DNA from: Candidatus Binatia bacterium
GTDB lineage: Bacteria; Desulfobacterota; Binatia; Bin18
Direction of reading: 5' to 3'
Assembly: GCA_963666315.2 (NCBI GenBank)
Contig: CAXXHG010000043.1
Coordinates: 640,001-704,000, forward strand
DNA: 64,000 nucleotides
Made by a program: the position numbers and the translations under genes
The notes under the pieces: generated by a model
The model's input: only the letters and a program-made list of their open reading frames with translations
Told to the model about the DNA's origin: nothing
Database searches by the model: none
Part shown: positions 20,469 to 30,820 of the stretch, piece after piece
Layout of the letters: each line of letters opens with the position of its first letter
How positions within the stretch are numbered: the first letter of the stretch is position 1

Positions 20469-20503
20469 GGGCCCGTTGATCTCATATGTAGATTAACGGG
20501 CCC
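20469..20503 (+). terminator. Intercistronic hairpin after urtA
   Basis: gggcccgttgatct...agattaacgggccc. Confidence 0.6.
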
Positions 20504-20517
20504 TTGTCGTTGCCCGT

Positions 20518-22188
20518 ATGCAGATGACCGTGGAAATTTTACCTTGGCGATGGGCCTTAGGGCTCATGCTGGGCGCGGCATTTGGTATCTGGGCGGCGCC
20601 GGCGAGCGCGTCTGATCTGCAATCTGCACTGGCCGGATTAGGGGCAAAGCGGCGGAGTGATATTAAGCAAGCCGTTGTCGCGCTTGGTACGCTGAATGAT
20701 CCAGCTGCGTTGCCCGCGCTCGAAGCCTTGCGCGACCGACGTTTGCGGGTAGATGCGGCAGGCCGCGTCTATATTAGTAGCGAGGATGGGAAGGCTGGCG
20801 ACGCTGGGAAGACTGGAGATACATTCTCTCTAGCGTCGGGTGGAGGGCCGGTTGGCGTTGATGTCAGTCAGTTGCGTACTCCGCGCATCAATAATGTCGT
20901 GCGACGTTCTCTGCGGGTGGTGATTGCGCAGCTCCAATTGCACTCGTCGGATGCCGGCGTTCGCTTGGCTGCAGCCCAGGAATTAAATAAACAGCCCCGG
21001 GCCACACTGCTGGGGGTTCTGCGCGTAGCATTTGACAAGGAAAACGATCCGGCTGTTCGTAACGCCCTAGCGGTTGGGTTAGCCCAAATGCAACTGAAGA
21101 GTGAGGACGGACAAGAACGCTTGGCTGCGATAGCGATGATACGAGAGTCTGGCAATCTCGGCCTCAAATCGCAACTAGAGGCGCTGCTTGCAAAAAATGA
21201 GGATGGCTCGTTCGTCGAGGCTGAGGTGGCGATTCGTGTGGCGGCAGGGAAGGCGTTGGAGAGTTTTGAGCGCACCCAGTTCCTCATTAATACCGCAGGG
21301 AATTTGTTCTACGGGATCAGTCTTGGCAGCATATTGTTGCTCGCTGCGCTGGGTCTTGGCATCACTTTCGGTTTGATGGGAGTGATCAATATGGCGCATG
21401 GCGAGATGTTGATGCTCGGCGCGTATGCGACGTATGTCGTCCAGGGCTTCTTCCAGGAGAGTCTGCCGAATTTTTTCGATTGGTATCTCGCGGCTGCTAT
21501 TCCGGCCGCATTTGGCGTGTGCCTGCTGACCGGCATGATCTTGGAGCGCGGGATTATTCGTTTCTTATACGGACGCCCACTGGAAACCCTGCTGGCCACG
21601 TGGGGGATTAGTCTCGTCCTTATTCAAACTGTCCGTCTGCTGTTTGGGGCGCAGAATGTTCAGGTCGCCAACCCGGCTTGGCTATCCGGCGGAATAGAGG
21701 TGCTGTATGGCGTTGTCCTGCCGTATAGCCGGATAGCCATTATCGTTTTTGTGGTGCTGGTGGTTGGACTGGTGTGGATCATCCTGCAGCGGACGCGCCT
21801 CGGCTTACAAGTCCGGGCGGTGACACAGAATCGGCCTATGGCGGCATGCATGGGGATCTCGGCTGCACGCGTGGATATGTGGACCTTTGGGTTAGGTTCG
21901 GGTATTGCGGGTCTGGGTGGCGTTGCTTTGTCCCAGATCGGCAACGTCGGACCCGAACTGGGGCGATTGTATATCGTCGATTCGTTTATGGTTGTGGTGC
22001 TTGGTGGGGTAGGCAGTATTGTCGGTACGGTCGTTGGGGCGTTGGGACTCGGACTCGTGAATAAGCTGCTCGAACCGGTGTCGGGAGCCGTATTGGGCAA
22101 GATCGGCGTCCTCATTTTTGTGGTGTTATTCATCCAGCGTCGTCCGCAAGGGCTTTTCGCGCTCAAGGGCCGCATGGCCGAAGGGTAA
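20518..22188 (+). CDS. urtB: Urea ABC transporter permease with HEAT-like N-terminus
   Basis: ITFGLMGVINMAHGE, RPLETLLATWG, DSFMVVVLGG. Confidence 0.95.
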   Translation: MQMTVEILPWRWALGLMLGAAFGIWAAPASASDLQSALAGLGAKRRSDIKQAVVALGTLNDPAALPALEALRDRRLRVDAAGRVYISSEDGKAGDAGKTGDTFSLASGGGPVGVDVSQLRTPRINNVVRRSLRVVIAQLQLHSSDAGVRLAAAQELNKQPRATLLGVLRVAFDKENDPAVRNALAVGLAQMQLKSEDGQERLAAIAMIRESGNLGLKSQLEALLAKNEDGSFVEAEVAIRVAAGKALESFERTQFLINTAGNLFYGISLGSILLLAALGLGITFGLMGVINMAHGEMLMLGAYATYVVQGFFQESLPNFFDWYLAAAIPAAFGVCLLTGMILERGIIRFLYGRPLETLLATWGISLVLIQTVRLLFGAQNVQVANPAWLSGGIEVLYGVVLPYSRIAIIVFVVLVVGLVWIILQRTRLGLQVRAVTQNRPMAACMGISAARVDMWTFGLGSGIAGLGGVALSQIGNVGPELGRLYIVDSFMVVVLGGVGSIVGTVVGALGLGLVNKLLEPVSGAVLGKIGVLIFVVLFIQRRPQGLFALKGRMAEG

Positions 22189-22192
22189 GGAC

Positions 22193-23407
22193 GTGCCGAA
22201 CGCCTCATCCATATCTCGCGAATCCAGCGAAAGCCCAACTCGACTCCTTGTGCAGCCCGCGGCGCAGCAGACTGCGGCGCAGCAGACGGCAGGGGCGGCG
22301 TCTGCGGGTTCCGAGAGACCGCGCCTCCATACCCGTCGGGAGTGGATCCTCATAGGGACACTGACCGCAATCACGCTCATACTGGTGCCCGTCTTCAACC
22401 AGTTACCGGCTGAGTCTGCGGTGCATCTTCCTGATTATTTCATCCCGCTGTTCGGAAAATTTCTGTGTTATGCGCTGGTGGCCTTGGCCGTTGACCTGAT
22501 CTGGGGCTACGCGGGCATCCTCAGCTTGGGGCACGGCGTGTTCTTCGCCCTCGGCGGCTATCCCATGGGCATGTATCTGATGCGTGCGATTGGGACAGAA
22601 GGCGTCTACCGGAGTGCGCTCCCGGACTTTATGGTGTTTCTCGATTGGAAGGAACTGCCGTGGTTCTGGTACGGGTTCAGTAACTTTGGATTTGCGCTGC
22701 TGATGGCGCTTTTCGTGCCCGGATTCCTGGCCTATATCTTTGGCTATTTTGCATTTCGTTCCCGTATCCGCGGGGTATATTTTTCCATTATTACTCAGAC
22801 CATGACGTATGCCCTGATGCTGCTCTTTTTCCGGAATAATACTGGCTTTGGCGGGAATAATGGCCTGACCGACTTTAAGCGTATTCTGGGCTTTTCCCTG
22901 CAGGCGCAGTCGACCAAGCTCGGTCTGTATATGGTCTCGGTCGTGGTTTTATTGGGCGCCTATCTGATGTGTCGCTATCTGGTGGTCTCGAAGCTCGGCC
23001 GTGTATTGACCGCCGTGCGTGACGCCGAGAGTCGGCTCATGTTCTGCGGCTACAATCCGCACAGCTATAAACTGTTTTTATGGACGCTGTCGGCCGTCAT
23101 GTGTGGTCTGGCGGGAGCTTTATATGCGCCTCAGGTCGGTATTATTAATCCGAGTGAAATGCAGCCCTCGAACTCTATTGAGATGACCATCTGGGTGGCA
23201 GTGGGCGGGCGAGGAACCCTGTCCGGAGCGCTTGTCGGTGCATTTTTGGTGAATGGGCTGAAGAGTTGGTGTACGACTGCGTTTCCCGATCTGTGGCTAT
23301 ATATCCTGGGCGTTTTGTTCATCGCTGTCACCTTGTTCCTGCCGCGTGGCATTGTCGGCCTCTTGCCGACCAATGATGAGTCAACGAAGACCCGGGCGCA
23401 GTCATGA
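22193..23407 (+). CDS. urtC: Urea ABC transporter permease
   Basis: DLIWGYAGILSLGHG, LPDFM, GGNNGLT, WVAVGGRG. Confidence 0.95.
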   Translation: MPNASSISRESSESPTRLLVQPAAQQTAAQQTAGAASAGSERPRLHTRREWILIGTLTAITLILVPVFNQLPAESAVHLPDYFIPLFGKFLCYALVALAVDLIWGYAGILSLGHGVFFALGGYPMGMYLMRAIGTEGVYRSALPDFMVFLDWKELPWFWYGFSNFGFALLMALFVPGFLAYIFGYFAFRSRIRGVYFSIITQTMTYALMLLFFRNNTGFGGNNGLTDFKRILGFSLQAQSTKLGLYMVSVVVLLGAYLMCRYLVVSKLGRVLTAVRDAESRLMFCGYNPHSYKLFLWTLSAVMCGLAGALYAPQVGIINPSEMQPSNSIEMTIWVAVGGRGTLSGALVGAFLVNGLKSWCTTAFPDLWLYILGVLFIAVTLFLPRGIVGLLPTNDESTKTRAQS

Positions 23408-24231
23408 CTGCGCATGTCACACAAGAAGGCCCCGGCTGGGAAGGCAATCCGGCCTTGGCGCACATTGCCCGGCCCGGCGAGATCGATACGAGTCATGGTG
23501 TTATCCTGTATATCGAAAATCTCACTGTCAGTTTTGACGGCTTCAAGGCCCTGGATGGCCTGAATTTTTACCTGAACACCGGCGAGCTGCGCTGCCTGAT
23601 TGGTCCGAACGGGGCTGGAAAAACCACGCTCATGGATGTGATTACCGGGAAAACTCGGCCGGATACGGGCACGGTGTTTTTCGGAAATGTGGTGGATCTC
23701 ACCCAGCTGTCGGAGTACGAAATCGCCCTGGCCGGAATTGGACGCAAGTTTCAGCGACCGACGGTATTTCAGGGACATAGCGTTTTTGAGAACCTGGAAT
23801 TGGCGATGCAGGCCGATAAGGGCGTGTGGCAGAGTCTTATCGCCCGGCTGACGGGTGAACAGCGCACGCGGATTGAAGCCACGGCGGAAACTATTGGTCT
23901 CATCGGACAGCTGCATACCCGGGCAGGGTTATTATCCCACGGGCAAAAACAATGGTTAGAAATCGGCATGCTGTTGATGCAAGATCCACAGCTGCTGTTA
24001 GTCGACGAGCCGGTCGCCGGGATGACCCAGCATGAGACCGAGCGCACGGCCGAGCTACTGGTGTCGCTTGCGGGCAAACGGACTGTGGTAGTGGTCGAGC
24101 ACAACATGGAGTTTGTGCGGAGCTTGGCCCGCCAGGTGACGGTACTTCACGAAGGGCGTATCCTGGCCGAAGGCACGATGGAGGCTGTGCAGAATGACCC
24201 ACGGGTGGTTGAGGTGTATTTAGGAACGTAG
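23404..24231 (+). CDS. urtD: Urea ABC transporter ATP-binding protein
   Basis: GPNGAGKT, GRKFQRP, LSHGQKQWLEIGM. Confidence 0.96.
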   Translation: MTAHVTQEGPGWEGNPALAHIARPGEIDTSHGVILYIENLTVSFDGFKALDGLNFYLNTGELRCLIGPNGAGKTTLMDVITGKTRPDTGTVFFGNVVDLTQLSEYEIALAGIGRKFQRPTVFQGHSVFENLELAMQADKGVWQSLIARLTGEQRTRIEATAETIGLIGQLHTRAGLLSHGQKQWLEIGMLLMQDPQLLLVDEPVAGMTQHETERTAELLVSLAGKRTVVVVEHNMEFVRSLARQVTVLHEGRILAEGTMEAVQNDPRVVEVYLGT

Positions 24232-24251
24232 GAAAGTGGGCTGGGGCGGCA

Positions 24252-24947
24252 ATGATCAAAATTCGCGGACTCAACCAAGCGTACGGAGAGAGTCATATCT
24301 TATGGGATGTTGAGTTGACTGTCCCGACGGGATCCTGCACCTGCCTCATGGGCCGCAATGGGGTCGGCAAGACGACGCTGCTCAAAACGATTATGGGCAC
24401 GTTGCCCATCACGTCAGGCAGCCTCCAGTTCGAGGGCAGTGAATTAAGCCATCGTCCCGCCGAGCTGCGCGCGCGCCTGGGCATAGGCTATGTCCCGCAG
24501 GGACGAGAGATCTTTCCTCAACTGACGGTGGAGGAGAATTTGCGCCTCGGCCTGCAGGCTCGTCGGGATAATGTATGGGCTATCCCGGAGTCTGTCTTTC
24601 ATTTTTTTCCGGTCCTGCAACAGATGTTAGGCCGTCGGGGTGGAGACCTGTCTGGTGGGCAACAACAGCAGCTTGCCATCGCCCGAGCCTTGGTGATTGA
24701 TCCCAAGCTGCTGATTCTCGACGAGCCGACGGAAGGCATACAGCCGAACATCGTGCACGAGATCGGGAAAATTCTCCTGCGGCTGAATCGAGAAGAGAAT
24801 CTCACTATTTTACTGGTCGAGCAGAAACTCCCCTTTGCCCGACGTTTGGCTGATGCGTTTGCGGTCATGGAAAAAGGATCTATCGTTGCCGCCGGGGCCA
24901 TTGCGGATTTGAATGATGACGTGGTGCGCAGACATTTATCTGTATGA
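24252..24947 (+). CDS. urtE: Urea ABC transporter ATP-binding protein
   Basis: GRNGVGKT, YVPQGR, LSGGQQQQL, DEPTEGIQP. Confidence 0.96.
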   Translation: MIKIRGLNQAYGESHILWDVELTVPTGSCTCLMGRNGVGKTTLLKTIMGTLPITSGSLQFEGSELSHRPAELRARLGIGYVPQGREIFPQLTVEENLRLGLQARRDNVWAIPESVFHFFPVLQQMLGRRGGDLSGGQQQQLAIARALVIDPKLLILDEPTEGIQPNIVHEIGKILLRLNREENLTILLVEQKLPFARRLADAFAVMEKGSIVAAGAIADLNDDVVRRHLSV

Positions 24948-24969
24948 CGAGAAGTGAAGGAGCAGTGTC

Positions 24970-25272
24970 ATGAACCTCACCCCACGTGAGCAAGAGAAAT
25001 TGCTGATCTATGTCGCTGCCCAGTTGGCGCGTGAACGACGTGCTCGTGGTCTCAAGCTCAACTATCCTGAGGCCATGGCCCTGATCACCAGTGCGATTCT
25101 CGAAGGAGCGCGGGACGGCCAATCCGTTGTAGACTTGATGTCGTACGGTGCCACCATTCTGACGCGTGAAGATGTGATGGACGGCATTCCGGAGATGATT
25201 GATCTAGTCCAGGTGGAAGCGACATTTCAGGACGGTACCAAGCTTGTCAGCGTGCATCAGCCTATTCGGTAA
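24970..25272 (+). CDS. ureA: Urease gamma subunit
   Basis: [30 protein letters not shown]. Confidence 0.98.
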   Translation: MNLTPREQEKLLIYVAAQLARERRARGLKLNYPEAMALITSAILEGARDGQSVVDLMSYGATILTREDVMDGIPEMIDLVQVEATFQDGTKLVSVHQPIR

Positions 25273-25281
25273 GGAGGACGT

Positions 25282-27000
25282 ATGAGTCGGACAATTGAAC
25301 GACGCCACTACGCTGAGATGTTTGGCCCGACGACGGGCGATCGGCTCCGGTTGGCTGACACCGAGTTGATCATCGAAATTGAGCAGGATCACACCGTATA
25401 CGGAGATGAGGTCAAGTTCGGTGGGGGCAAGGTGATACGCGACGGTATGGGCCAATCGCCTCTCCACACCTCTGCTCAGGGTGCTCCCGACCTCGTTATT
25501 ACGAACGCGGTTATTCTTGATCACTGGGGCATAGTCAAAGCCGATGTCGGGATCAAAGATGGGCGTATTTGCGGTATCGGCAAGGCCGGGAATCCATTGC
25601 TCATGGATGGAGTCTGCCCAGAACTCGTGATTGGGCCTGGCACAGAAATTCTCGCAGGGGAAGGCAAGATTCTTACTGCTGGCGGACTGGACGTGCATAT
25701 CCATTTCATCTGCCCCCAGCAGATTACCGAAGCACTCGCCTCGGGCGTGACGACGATGATAGGCGGTGGCACTGGTCCGGCCACCGGTACGAATGCGACG
25801 ACGTGCACACCCGGGGCGTGGAATATCGCCCGTATGTTGGAGTCGATTGAACACTATCCGCTCAATTTCGGCTTTCTGGCTAAGGGTAACGCCTCTCGAC
25901 CTGAGGCCCTCCATGAGCAGATCGAAGCCGGGGCGGTAGGCCTCAAGTTGCATGAAGACTGGGGCTCGACTCCTGCGGCTATTGATACCGCTCTCTCGGT
26001 GGCAGACGAACACGATGTCCAGGTCGCCATACACACCGACACGCTGAACGAGACCGGCTTTGTTGAGGATACAATCGCCGCGTTCAAAGGCCGTACCATA
26101 CATACCTACCATACTGAAGGAGCCGGCGGCGGGCATGCTCCCGATATTATCAAGGTGTGTGGATTGCCGAATGTACTACCGTCTTCAACAAATCCGACCC
26201 GGCCCTTTACCGTCAACACAATAGACGAGCATCTGGATATGCTTATGGTCTGCCACCACCTCGACCCAGACGTCCCTGAAGACGTGGCCTTTGCCGAGTC
26301 CCGCATTCGACCCGAGACGATAGCCGCTGAGGATGTCCTGCACGATATTGGGGCCTTTAGTATGATGGCATCTGACTCGCAAGCCATGGGTAGAGTCGGA
26401 GAAGTCATTATTCGGACGTGGCAGACCGCTCACAAAATGAGAGTTCAACGCGGCCGACTTTCAGAAGAAATCGGCCAGAATGATAATTTTCGGGTCAAAC
26501 GCTATGTGGCAAAATATACCATCAACCCGGCATTAGCCCATGGGATTGCGAGCCATGTCGGTTCGGTTGAGGCTGGCAAACTGGCAGATCTGGTGCTCTG
26601 GCAGCCCGCATTCTTTGGAGTCAAACCCGACATTGTTTTAAAAGGCGGTTTTATCGTCTGGGCAGCAATGGGTGATGCCAATGCGTCGATCCCGACCCCA
26701 CAGCCGGTATTTGGGCGGCCTATGTTTGGACACTTCGGGCGCGCACCGGCAACGCTTTCGTATAGTTTCGTCTCGCGTGCAGCCTATGACCGTGGGATTG
26801 CTCAGCAGCTGGGCCTGCAAAAACAGGTCATGCCTGTACAGGACTGTCGGAGCGTGCAGAAAAAGGACCTGGTGCATAATCAGCTAATGCCGCATATAGA
26901 GGTCAACCCGGAGACGTATGTGGTGAAGGCCGACGGCGAGGTGCTGACGTGCGAGCCTGCCCGAACGCTGCCCTTGGCCCAGCGCTATTTTCTTTTCTAA
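25282..27000 (+). CDS. ureC: Urease alpha subunit
   Basis: [27 protein letters not shown]-terminal AQRYFLF. Confidence 0.98.
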   Translation: MSRTIERRHYAEMFGPTTGDRLRLADTELIIEIEQDHTVYGDEVKFGGGKVIRDGMGQSPLHTSAQGAPDLVITNAVILDHWGIVKADVGIKDGRICGIGKAGNPLLMDGVCPELVIGPGTEILAGEGKILTAGGLDVHIHFICPQQITEALASGVTTMIGGGTGPATGTNATTCTPGAWNIARMLESIEHYPLNFGFLAKGNASRPEALHEQIEAGAVGLKLHEDWGSTPAAIDTALSVADEHDVQVAIHTDTLNETGFVEDTIAAFKGRTIHTYHTEGAGGGHAPDIIKVCGLPNVLPSSTNPTRPFTVNTIDEHLDMLMVCHHLDPDVPEDVAFAESRIRPETIAAEDVLHDIGAFSMMASDSQAMGRVGEVIIRTWQTAHKMRVQRGRLSEEIGQNDNFRVKRYVAKYTINPALAHGIASHVGSVEAGKLADLVLWQPAFFGVKPDIVLKGGFIVWAAMGDANASIPTPQPVFGRPMFGHFGRAPATLSYSFVSRAAYDRGIAQQLGLQKQVMPVQDCRSVQKKDLVHNQLMPHIEVNPETYVVKADGEVLTCEPARTLPLAQRYFLF

Positions 27001-27005
27001 AGAGC

Positions 27006-27035
27006 GGGACGAGGCTACGTCGACTGGCTCGTCCC
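27006..27035. terminator. Hairpin after ureC
   Basis: gggacgag...ctcgtccc. Confidence 0.5.
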
Positions 27036-27199
27036 TTCTCGTCAGTCGATGAGACTCGCGTTCGAAATAAATTTTCGTACAGGTCTTGAGAGAGATCGCA
27101 AACAATATGCTGCTCAGGTCACCGCAAGGTTGACGCAGCGAGATTGAAAACAAGAGCGGGGAAGAAAGAAGTCATGAGAGGTGAGGGTCAGCAGAACAG

Positions 27200-27333
27200 G
27201 GAAACACACAAGTAGCAGCGAGAAGGGAAGGCTAAGGGCGGCTGGAGGGACAGCCGCCCCAGGGGCGTCTAGAAGAGGGCGGAAGGAAGGCTAACCCTCT
27301 TCTAAAACTCAATAATGAGCATTGACTTACAAG
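27200..27333 (-). ncRNA. Candidate sigma54-dependent sRNA with CU-rich loops (3' end uncertain)
   Basis: Downstream of an orphan sigma54 promoter; two strong hairpins; UUAGCCUUCC present twice; no credible ORF. Confidence 0.55.
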
Positions 27334-27343
27334 TGAGGTATAG

Positions 27344-27359
27344 AGCATGAAGTATGCCA
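27344..27359 (-). promoter_or_regulatory. sigma54 promoter with NtrC-like site at 27410-27426
   Basis: TGGCATACTTCATGCT; TGC-ttatcttttta-GCA upstream. Confidence 0.7.
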
Positions 27360-27616
27360 GGTTGAATGACTAGGAAATACTACGCTTTTTGTTGTTTTCT
27401 GCTTTGGGCTGCTTATCTTTTTAGCAATGGGCTCGTCCTGAACTGTTACTCTTCCAACAGGGGCAGGAGAGAGCTGTGTTGCTCTTTTGACTTTCTCTGT
27501 CTTGAGCGATTAATGAAGGCATGCAACTGAAACGCAATCTAACAGGCAGTAAGCCTGAACATGACACTGCGTTTCGGATATGACAGAAAAATACGACCAC
27601 GCTGACCAACGGCGGC

Positions 27617-29374
27617 ATGACTATGCTTCCTCACGGACATTATCTCAGTGAACAGCACTTCTTAATTTTCCTCGTGCAGATTCTCCTATTGCTGACATTG
27701 GCGCGTGGATTTGGAGAAGTCCTCCGGCATTGGGGGCACCCGCCCGTTGTCGGAGAAATTTTGGTGGGCTTGCTCCTCGGCCCGACCCTGCTCGGACGCA
27801 TAGCGCCTGAATTGTATCAGGCCCTTTTCCCACCCGATCCGATACAGCACACCATGCTGGCAACAGTGGCTTGGTTCGGCGTGCTTTTACTGCTCTTGGA
27901 GACCGGCCTTGAAGTCGATGTATCTGCGGCCTGGCAGCAGAGGGGCTCTGCGCTGCGCATCGGGATCATCGGCGTCATTATTCCCTTGGCGCTTGGCTTT
28001 CTTCTGTCTCTTTTCCTGCCCGACCGGTATCTCGCCGCGCCGGACCAACGGATTATATTTGCGTTGTTTTTAGGAACGACTATGGCCATTAGTGCCATGG
28101 TCATTATCGCGCGCGTATTGCATGACCTTGATCTCGTCAAGAGTGACCTCGGGCTCTTAACCCTGTGTGGTTATGCGGTCAACGATATTTTGGCGTGGGT
28201 CATTCTCAGCCTCGTGTTTGCCTCTGCGGCCAGTGCCACGCTGAGCGTCGGCGCTGTTGTCATATTGCTGAGTACTGCCGTCGGCTTTACGGCCTTTTGT
28301 CTGTCGTTCGGCTTGCGCATTGTTGACCGATCTCTGGCCGGACTGGTGAAACAGCTCCCTCAACAACCCGGCACAGTTCTCACTTTTGTGTGCTGCTTAG
28401 GACTCCTGTGCGGAGCAGTAACGCAGTGGATCGGATTGACCGCGCTGCTGGGATTTTTTCTGGCTGGGATTATGGCTGGAGACGCGAGCGCCTTATCTGA
28501 GCGAGTGCGGCAGATTCTGACCCAAATGGTCCACGCTATTTTTGTGCCGCTGTACTTTGCCAGCATTGCTCTACAGATAGACTTCCTGGAAAACTTTGAC
28601 ACCTTCCTGGTGCTTTTCGTGACTGTCGTTTCGATTGGGGGCAAGTATTTCGGGGCGTGGCTGGGAGCACAACGGGCTGGGCTATCTAACGTGGACTGCG
28701 TCTCAATCGGTATTGCCTTTACCCCAAGCGGAGTCACCGGCATTGTGGTGGCAGCGGTCGCGGTTGAGTATCAGATCATTACCATTCCGGTGTTTGTCTC
28801 CATCGTTTTCTCCGCGCTGATCTCTTCCCTTATTGTGGGCCCGTGGCTGGTCTGGTCGCTTCGGCGCAGACCGACCATAAATATCAGCGAGCTTTTTGTA
28901 CGCCGCGCCATGATTCCCAATCTGCAGGCAACGACCCGCCAGGCTGTGATCCAAGAACTGTGTCAGGAGTTGGCAGAACACGACCACGTGCCGGATTATG
29001 AGACTTTATCTGCGGCGGTCTGTGCGCGGGAGAAATTGATGGGAACCGGCGTCGGAAATGGTATTGCTGTGCCCCACGCTCGGCTGGAGGTACTCTCCAA
29101 ACCTATCATTACCTGTGGGCGCTCGCTGATTGGCGTGGACTGGGACGCGCCGGATGGTTTGCCGGTGCATCTCGTCTTTCTCTTGTTAACGCCCACCCAG
29201 GATGAGGGGGCGCAGCTCCAGATTCTCGCTGCGCTGGCGCGTACCATGGGGGAGGAAGCAGTGCGTAATGCACTCGTGCAAGCCCCGAATGAACACGAAC
29301 TGTGGCGGCTCTTGCAAGAGACGCTCAGGTCCCAAGACCTCGTCCTAAATGAACAAACGCATGGACGGGAATAA
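27617..29374 (+). CDS. Cation:proton antiporter (CPA2) fused to PTS EIIA domain
   Basis: P.VVGEILVGLLLGP, GLEVD, AVNDILAW, multiple TMs; C-terminal REKLMGTGVGNGIAVPHAR...DAPDG.PV.LVFLL. Confidence 0.92.
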   Translation: MTMLPHGHYLSEQHFLIFLVQILLLLTLARGFGEVLRHWGHPPVVGEILVGLLLGPTLLGRIAPELYQALFPPDPIQHTMLATVAWFGVLLLLLETGLEVDVSAAWQQRGSALRIGIIGVIIPLALGFLLSLFLPDRYLAAPDQRIIFALFLGTTMAISAMVIIARVLHDLDLVKSDLGLLTLCGYAVNDILAWVILSLVFASAASATLSVGAVVILLSTAVGFTAFCLSFGLRIVDRSLAGLVKQLPQQPGTVLTFVCCLGLLCGAVTQWIGLTALLGFFLAGIMAGDASALSERVRQILTQMVHAIFVPLYFASIALQIDFLENFDTFLVLFVTVVSIGGKYFGAWLGAQRAGLSNVDCVSIGIAFTPSGVTGIVVAAVAVEYQIITIPVFVSIVFSALISSLIVGPWLVWSLRRRPTINISELFVRRAMIPNLQATTRQAVIQELCQELAEHDHVPDYETLSAAVCAREKLMGTGVGNGIAVPHARLEVLSKPIITCGRSLIGVDWDAPDGLPVHLVFLLLTPTQDEGAQLQILAALARTMGEEAVRNALVQAPNEHELWRLLQETLRSQDLVLNEQTHGRE

Positions 29375-29400
29375 CGGGCGCGGCGTGCCTATCTTATTCT

Positions 29401-30816
29401 CTAGAGCAACTTATAGCGTTTCATCCGTTCGCGCAGTACGTTCCGACTCACGCCGAGCAGGCGTGCGGCCTGGACTTGATTATAGCGGGAGAGTTCGAGT
29501 GCCTTGGAAACAACAAGCTGTTCGGACCGGGCGAGAACGTTGCCCACATGCTGAGAAAACAACTCTTCAAGGGTTGTGTTGAGAGCGATTTCGGTACTTG
29601 GGGAGGAGGCTTCGACTGCGGTTTTGTTGCTGATGTCATGCAAGGGCAGATCGTCTTCGGTAATCAAGGGCCCGCGTGTATTGAGTACGGCCTGCGCAAT
29701 AATATTCTCCAGCTCGCGCACATTCCCTGGCCATGTATAGGAGAGCAGTTTTTCACACGCTGTGGGAGAAAATCCTTGCGGTCCGAGCGTCTTAGCCTTC
29801 CCAGTCTTCCTATCGTTGGTGTGGAGCTGCAGCAGGTGGTTCGCGATGAGGAGGATGTCGTCGCCTCGCTCCCGTAAAGGGGGCAGATTGATACGAACGA
29901 CATCGAGACGATAATACAGGTCTTCGCGAAAACGCCCCTCCCGCATAAGTCTGTCGAGGGATTGGTTCGTTGCCGCGATAATCCGTATATCGATGTGTCG
30001 CGGCTGCCGAGCGCCTAACCGGGATATTTCCCGCTCTTGTAAGACCCGCAGCAGTTTGGACTGCAACAGCGGCGGCATGTCGCCGATTTCATCCAAGAAC
30101 AGTGTCCCGCCATGGGCCAGTTCGAATTTCCCCGGCCGCGATTCCACCGCACCGGAGAAGGCGCCCTTTTCGAATCCAAAGAGTTCACTTTCGAGCAGAG
30201 CGTCCGGAATCGCGGCACAGTTGATAGCCAGGAATGGGCCCTTACTCCGTTGGGAATAGGTATGCAGCGCACGTGCAACGAGCTCTTTGCCGGTGCCGCT
30301 CTCGCCTGTGATAAGCACGGTGATATCTCGGGCGGCACTCTTGCCGATAATCTTATACACCTCCTGCATGGCCCGGCTGTTGCCCAGCATAGGGACGGCA
30401 TCCGGCGGACGCGTCTCGGGGATGGCTTGAGGCAGCTGCTGGGGCATTTCTACGGAGGCGTGTTTTTGCAGAGTCTGAGCAATGAGTTGCTTGAGGGCCG
30501 CGACGTCAAACGGCTTCACGAGATAGTCGTCGGCGTCTAGCGCTGTCGAACGGATGGCTGTCTCGGCAGACACAAAGGCCGTCATCATGATAACGGGGAG
30601 GCTTGGTCGGCGCTGTTTGACTTCTTCCAGCGTATCCAGCCCGTCACGGTTCGGCATACGGACGTCCATGAGGATCAGGCGTAAGGCGGGATCGTCTATC
30701 TTGCTGAGGGCTTCGTCGCCTGAATAGGCAGACAGGATTTCGTATTCCTGGCCCAGAACACGCCGAAAGGAGTAATGGACGTTGCGTTCGTCATCAACAA
30801 CAAGAATTTTTTCCAT
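29401..30816 (-). CDS. NtrC-family sigma54-dependent response regulator
   Basis: Receiver, GESGTGKE, ESELFG..KGAFSGA, LFLDEIG, WPGNVREL, Fis-type HTH. Confidence 0.95.
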   Translation of the reverse strand: MEKILVVDDERNVHYSFRRVLGQEYEILSAYSGDEALSKIDDPALRLILMDVRMPNRDGLDTLEEVKQRRPSLPVIMMTAFVSAETAIRSTALDADDYLVKPFDVAALKQLIAQTLQKHASVEMPQQLPQAIPETRPPDAVPMLGNSRAMQEVYKIIGKSAARDITVLITGESGTGKELVARALHTYSQRSKGPFLAINCAAIPDALLESELFGFEKGAFSGAVESRPGKFELAHGGTLFLDEIGDMPPLLQSKLLRVLQEREISRLGARQPRHIDIRIIAATNQSLDRLMREGRFREDLYYRLDVVRINLPPLRERGDDILLIANHLLQLHTNDRKTGKAKTLGPQGFSPTACEKLLSYTWPGNVRELENIIAQAVLNTRGPLITEDDLPLHDISNKTAVEASSPSTEIALNTTLEELFSQHVGNVLARSEQLVVSKALELSRYNQVQAARLLGVSRNVLRERMKRYKLL

Positions 30817-30820
30817 AGTG

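Noticed and set aside
23131-26136. Long antisense ORFs (23131-23916, 25204-26136; also 5897-6757 and 44868-45509)
   Set aside because: Shadows of well-conserved genes on the opposite strand with no motifs of their own.
27119-27175. 18-aa ORF MTSFFPALVFNLAASTLR as product of the orphan sigma54 promoter
   Set aside because: Preceded by pyrimidine-rich sequence with no RBS; not excluded without ribosome profiling.
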